A stretch of 64,000 nt of DNA from Candidatus Saccharimonadales bacterium (GTDB lineage: Bacteria > Patescibacteriota > Saccharimonadia > Saccharimonadales > JACDBH01). The notes below the pieces were generated by a model. The model was given only the letters and a program-made list of their open reading frames with translations, searched no databases and was not told the DNA's origin. The stretch lies in NCBI GenBank assembly GCA_041752595.1, contig JBGSWE010000007.1, forward strand, positions 76,692 through 140,691. Direction: 5' to 3'. Of the stretch, positions 60,089 through 64,000 are shown one piece after another; the first letter of the stretch is position 1; each line of letters starts with the position of its first letter. The translations under genes and the position numbers were made by a program.

Positions 60089-61840
60089 CTACCAGCCACC
60101 GCCACCACCACCGCCACCACCGCCTCCCGAACCACCGCCACCACCAGAGCCACCAGATGAAGAAGATGCGGCGCCTGACGAATTAATAGATGCTGTCATG
60201 TTTGACATAGCACTTGAAAAACTAGCAGCACTAAAGATCGCTAAATTATTGCCTACATACCAGTTCGGTTGCGCATCGGTAGATTCGTAATACATACCCA
60301 GTTGCTTATTCCATTCTTTTTCTTGGCCAAACAATATAGCATATGGCAGAACTCTTTCGTACAACTTCACTAATTGTTTTTGGTCAGCACCATCTACCCC
60401 AACTTTTGCAGCCCCTTCTGGGCTCTGCAACATTTTAATACGATCAACTTCAGCGACTTTAATATAAAGTTTAAGACCCTCTAAGTACCTTGCAAGTGCC
60501 AGACCCTTTTCTGTTAGCGGATACAAGGTAAAGGACAACGCAAAAGCCGTTATTGAGGCAATAATTAGCGGCATATTAAGAGATAAAATACTTATAACAA
60601 GTAGCCAAAAGCTAAGTTTCTTGAACCAAGCAGATTTAGCTGGATCTTTTGCTCTAATTTCATAACCCTTTCTAATAAGTTCTTCTAATTTCTTTGGGTT
60701 ATCTACAAAACGCGCAGTCATGGCGTAGTCTTTTTTAAAATCTTTTGTGTTAAATTTCATTCCAACCACAGGAATGGCGCCAAAAATATCGATTAATATT
60801 TCTTGCTCTTCTGGGGCTAGATCGGTTATAGGTTTTATAACTTCTATTTCGTACTCGGCAGAAGAAAAAAACTTCTTTTCCTTAACTTCATAGATTTTTA
60901 TGTAGTGTCGAACTGCAAAATCTAGTATTTGGGCGGCAAAAGCGGTACTTGATTTTACTACCGCAGCCGATACTTGTACGCTTGTTGATTCTGGAGGCAA
61001 ATACTCTGGAATGATGGTACCGATTTCGTGCTTACGATCTGACCATTTGTAATAACGAACTATTAATAGAATTATGAGACTGATAGCCGCAAATAGTCCC
61101 ATGATTTGAGAGATTGTCCAAACAGTTAAAACTTTTTCCCAAAGAGTCTGTTTATATTCCGCGAATGTTCCTACCTGAAAACCAATGGCTAGTGTAATGT
61201 TATCGCCGCTAGATAGCTCCGATGCACTAGTCTCGTACCTGTTGCCTAATTTATCAACTTCACATTGTTTATATGATCCATATTGACCAAAATAGCAAAC
61301 ATTTTTACCTGTTAGGCTAGACTCCAGCGAATCATCAATTTCTAAGGATACAGACAGAGCAGATATTGGTACCCTCCATTCAGTGCCGTTTGTGTCCCAA
61401 TAAAACTCCTCACTGTTAGTATCGGTAAAATATCTCGTCACATCACGCTGCGTATATTCAATTTCGTAAGCTTGTTGTCCTCGTACATAAGTATCAGCAT
61501 CGCCAATGCGCAGCACTGTGTAGTCACCACTACTATAGGTTGTAAAATTCCATGATTCACCTGACTCATTTTTTACAGAAACAATATTAATACTTGTCGG
61601 ATGACCATCGTATTCTTTTGGAATATACCGCTCTATGCCACGATTTTGATCAAAGCTCGGAAATTCGGCAACAATTGTTTCTTTGGTTGTGAGTATTGAT
61701 CTTTGCTCATCATCGCGACTTAACGTAAGCGTAATGTTATAGTTAGATATTGTGAAATTATTAACGTCTGCACTTGCAGTACTAGATACGCCAAACGACA
61801 ATAATAACGTAAATAGTAATACAAAAATTAACTTTTTCAT
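60089..61840 (-). CDS. DUF2207-like membrane protein with extracellular N-domain and C-terminal poly-Gly tail
   Basis: Signal peptide, large N-terminal domain, TMs, terminal SGGSGGGGGSGGGGGGGGGGGW. Confidence 0.6.
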   Translation of the reverse strand: MKKLIFVLLFTLLLSFGVSSTASADVNNFTISNYNITLTLSRDDEQRSILTTKETIVAEFPSFDQNRGIERYIPKEYDGHPTSINIVSVKNESGESWNFTTYSSGDYTVLRIGDADTYVRGQQAYEIEYTQRDVTRYFTDTNSEEFYWDTNGTEWRVPISALSVSLEIDDSLESSLTGKNVCYFGQYGSYKQCEVDKLGNRYETSASELSSGDNITLAIGFQVGTFAEYKQTLWEKVLTVWTISQIMGLFAAISLIILLIVRYYKWSDRKHEIGTIIPEYLPPESTSVQVSAAVVKSSTAFAAQILDFAVRHYIKIYEVKEKKFFSSAEYEIEVIKPITDLAPEEQEILIDIFGAIPVVGMKFNTKDFKKDYAMTARFVDNPKKLEELIRKGYEIRAKDPAKSAWFKKLSFWLLVISILSLNMPLIIASITAFALSFTLYPLTEKGLALARYLEGLKLYIKVAEVDRIKMLQSPEGAAKVGVDGADQKQLVKLYERVLPYAILFGQEKEWNKQLGMYYESTDAQPNWYVGNNLAIFSAASFSSAMSNMTASINSSGAASSSSGGSGGGGGSGGGGGGGGGGGW

Positions 61841-62141
61841 CTAATAGAATTGTAGCACTTTTGACAAAAACTTACTGGAAGCATAGTAAGTAACTCTCAT
61901 CATTTAACGGATAATTATAGGCACATAAAGACTAAAATAGTGCTAAAGTTAACTACAAAAAAGGTTGTCATCGATAACAACCTTATTCACTTAAATTAAC
62001 AGATGTATTTACTTATAAAAATTCTCCCTCTTTTATATATACATATAGGTAGAAATAATAAGCAATGCTCATGACCAAACATGATCAATAACTACACAAC
62101 CTATGAAATACCAAATACCATCATCGCTTCAAATAGAGCTA

Positions 62142-62201
62142 CTTCACATGTTTACGTGAAAAATAGTATATATATGCATAATTTCACGTAAACATGTGAA
62201 G
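62142..62201. promoter_or_regulatory. 60-bp palindrome (20-bp perfect arms, 20-bp AT spacer), probable operator in divergent promoter region
   Basis: cttcacatgtttacgtgaaa-N20-tttcacgtaaacatgtgaag. Confidence 0.4.
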
Positions 62202-62282
62202 AACAAGTTTTAAGGAACGGGTAAGGTTTTAGGTGCTTGCTCCTTATGGTATTGGAGGAGCTGATTTATAGCAGTGAAATGA

Positions 62283-62335
62283 AAGAACGTGGTTACTGTG
62301 TCTACCAAATGATCGAACAAAGTGGTAGGTAAAAC
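62283..62335 (-). pseudogene. degenerate remnant of msrA 3' end
   Basis: About 80% identity over ~53 nt to 63061..63113; minus-strand translation GYSGGFTYHFVRSFG vs MsrA C-terminus GGYTCHYVRSFG. Confidence 0.5.
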
Positions 62336-62424
62336 CGCCAGAGTATCCTGTTAACGAACACTTGAAAATTGTAAACCATCTGCTATACTAGTAAATATTA
62401 TTAACTAGTAAGTTTTATATACCA

Positions 62425-62730
62425 ATGAGAACTATATATAGCCAAGAGCAAGTTGTTAAAACCATGAGTATAGCTAGGATTATTGGAGACACTAGCAATA
62501 TATTAATTCTTTACGAACTAATGAACTTTGGCGAGAAATCTTTTAATGAGCTTAAAAGAATGACCGATATTAACGCTGTTACTCTTTCCAAAAAACTAAC
62601 AATTCTTAAAACCGAAGGATTAGTAGACAGTCGCAAGCACGGCATTGAAAATCATTATTTTGTTACGGAAAAATCAGAAGAATTTCGACCGTTGATTAAA
62701 GATATAGAAAGTTTAGTAATTAATAAGTAA
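62425..62730 (+). CDS. HxlR/MarR-like winged-helix transcriptional regulator
   Basis: wHTH pattern IL..L..G...F.EL......I....LS..L..L...GLV.R. Confidence 0.65.
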   Translation: MRTIYSQEQVVKTMSIARIIGDTSNILILYELMNFGEKSFNELKRMTDINAVTLSKKLTILKTEGLVDSRKHGIENHYFVTEKSEEFRPLIKDIESLVINK

Positions 62731-62739
62731 GGAGCATGT

Positions 62740-62961
62740 ATGGGATTGTTTCAATCATTACAAGATTTAATTGGTGGAGCAGCTGGTGACGTACTCGGAG
62801 GACTACCTGAAATTCCAGGAGTTCAAGAAGTACAAGACTTAGCGGGTGGCGCCACTGAAACAGTTACTTCGGTTACTGATGGCGCAACCGAAGCTGTAAC
62901 TTCAGTAACTGAACAAGGTCAAACCGCAGTAGAAGATATTACTAGCAAATTGGGTTTGTAA
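62740..62961 (+). CDS. small repetitive hypothetical protein
   Basis: RBS aaggag 7 nt upstream; internal tandem ATE(T/A)VTSVT repeat. Confidence 0.4.
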   Translation: MGLFQSLQDLIGGAAGDVLGGLPEIPGVQEVQDLAGGATETVTSVTDGATEAVTSVTEQGQTAVEDITSKLGL

Positions 62962-63047
62962 GACTGGGACAGGTCTATTGATACTTACTCTGCTTGGTTC
63001 GGCTTATCAACACGATTTGAGTCAAGCGTATTTACCGCCTAACTTTT

Positions 63048-63539
63048 CTACTCTAAATAACTACCAAATGATCGAACATAGTGACAGGTATAGCCGCCAG
63101 GGTTATCCTGTAGGTAGTCTTGGTGATTAGCTTCGGCTGGCCAGAATTTTGTGAATGACTCCAATGTTGTCACAACCGGGCTATCCCAGTTCCCTGAATC
63201 ATTTACAAGCCTAATCATTTCCTTAGCATCGGCAAGTTCTTGTTCATCTTGGTAAAATATGGCTGATCTATAAGACGCACCGACGTCGTTACCTTGACGG
63301 TCTAATGTTGTAGGATCATGAACTCTAAAGAAATAATCGAGAATCTTTTTATACGACGTTTTGGTATCGTCATAGCTTATTTCGAGTCCCTCAGCGTGTC
63401 CAGGGTGATTATGGTAGTTTGGGTTGTCGTTTGAACCCCCTGTGTAGCCAACTTCAGTATCTACTATACCCGTTTGTTCTCTAACTAAGTGCTCTAAACC
63501 CCAAAAACATCCACCTGCAAGGTAAGCCTTCTTAATCAT
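63048..63539 (-). CDS. msrA: peptide methionine sulfoxide reductase MsrA
   Basis: GGCFWG active site motif. Confidence 0.9.
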   Translation of the reverse strand: MIKKAYLAGGCFWGLEHLVREQTGIVDTEVGYTGGSNDNPNYHNHPGHAEGLEISYDDTKTSYKKILDYFFRVHDPTTLDRQGNDVGASYRSAIFYQDEQELADAKEMIRLVNDSGNWDSPVVTTLESFTKFWPAEANHQDYLQDNPGGYTCHYVRSFGSYLE

Positions 63540-63940
63540 TACTTGTCTTCCCCTTTCTTATCAAAATCGAGTGACAGCGAGTTAATACAGTAGCGCATGC
63601 CAGTTGTATCTTCTGGCCCGTCATTGAATATATGGCCCAAGTGACCACCACAATTTGCGCAAACCGCTTCTGTTCGTACCATGCCGTGTGACTCGTCGCT
63701 GATTTGCTTTACAGCACCAGACAAGGCATCATCAAAACTGGGCCAACCAGATCCTGAATCAAATTTAGTATCAGAAGAGAATAATTGCGCATTACAGCTT
63801 GCGCATTTGTACATACCGGCTTCTTTGTTCTCTAAATATTTACCCGTAAAAGGTGCTTCTGTAGCTTTGTCGAATAAGACTGCCCTTTGTTCTTTTGTTA
63901 AATGATCATCATTCATTATCTGTTCCTTTCGATAAATCAA
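63539..63940 (-). CDS. msrB: peptide methionine sulfoxide reductase MsrB
   Basis: Zn CxxC pairs ([16 protein letters not shown]) and catalytic RYCINS; stop/start overlap with msrA. Confidence 0.9.
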   Translation of the reverse strand: MIYRKEQIMNDDHLTKEQRAVLFDKATEAPFTGKYLENKEAGMYKCASCNAQLFSSDTKFDSGSGWPSFDDALSGAVKQISDESHGMVRTEAVCANCGGHLGHIFNDGPEDTTGMRYCINSLSLDFDKKGEDK

Positions 63941-64000
63941 CTGTAGTATTCAAGATACTAACTTTATATAAAATAATGTATAGTTGACTATACATAGTAT

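Overview
This 64-kb window is AT-rich, gene-dense, bacterial chromosomal DNA. Genes sit on both strands with short intergenic spacers and many clean Rho-independent terminators. The gene content resembles a small-genome monoderm, possibly a Saccharibacteria/CPR-like epibiont, but this is an inference and not verifiable here. Evidence for that lineage guess: WhiB, a Ni-superoxide dismutase, a heliorhodopsin, many low-complexity membrane-anchored surface proteins, and no obvious biosynthetic operons.

Housekeeping genes recognised from motifs:
- ftsH, tilS, aspS, nadD, uppP, msrB-msrA, murC/mpl-like, cls, dus.
- A DEAD-box helicase, an ABC-2 exporter pair, an MFS transporter, an MMPL/RND transporter, a Kef-type antiporter, DsbA, a sensor histidine kinase, sodN-sodX, and a cupredoxin.

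Three tRNA genes are present and all carry a CAU anticodon:
- an elongator tRNA-Met,
- an initiator-like tRNA-fMet,
- an ileX-like tRNA-Ile2, encoded in the same window as tilS.

Most interesting loci:
1. A heliorhodopsin gene lies immediately downstream of, and is probably co-transcribed with, a three-domain membrane protein (PAP2 phosphatase + protein-kinase-like + UPF0104/MprF-flippase-like).
2. A short, strongly promoted two-ORF cassette (40127-40609) carries Cys-containing small proteins. Its second ORF sits in a conspicuously GC-rich patch with high-GC codon usage, suggesting foreign (possibly actinobacterial) origin.
3. A structured 5' leader ends in an RBS-sequestering terminator hairpin upstream of an unknown 411-aa protein / Zn-ribbon / nadD operon.
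4. A ycnI-copC-copD-like copper cluster.
5. A 60-bp perfect palindrome plus a decayed msrA 3' fragment upstream of an HxlR-like regulator.

No CRISPR array, rRNA, or clear transposase/integrase was seen.
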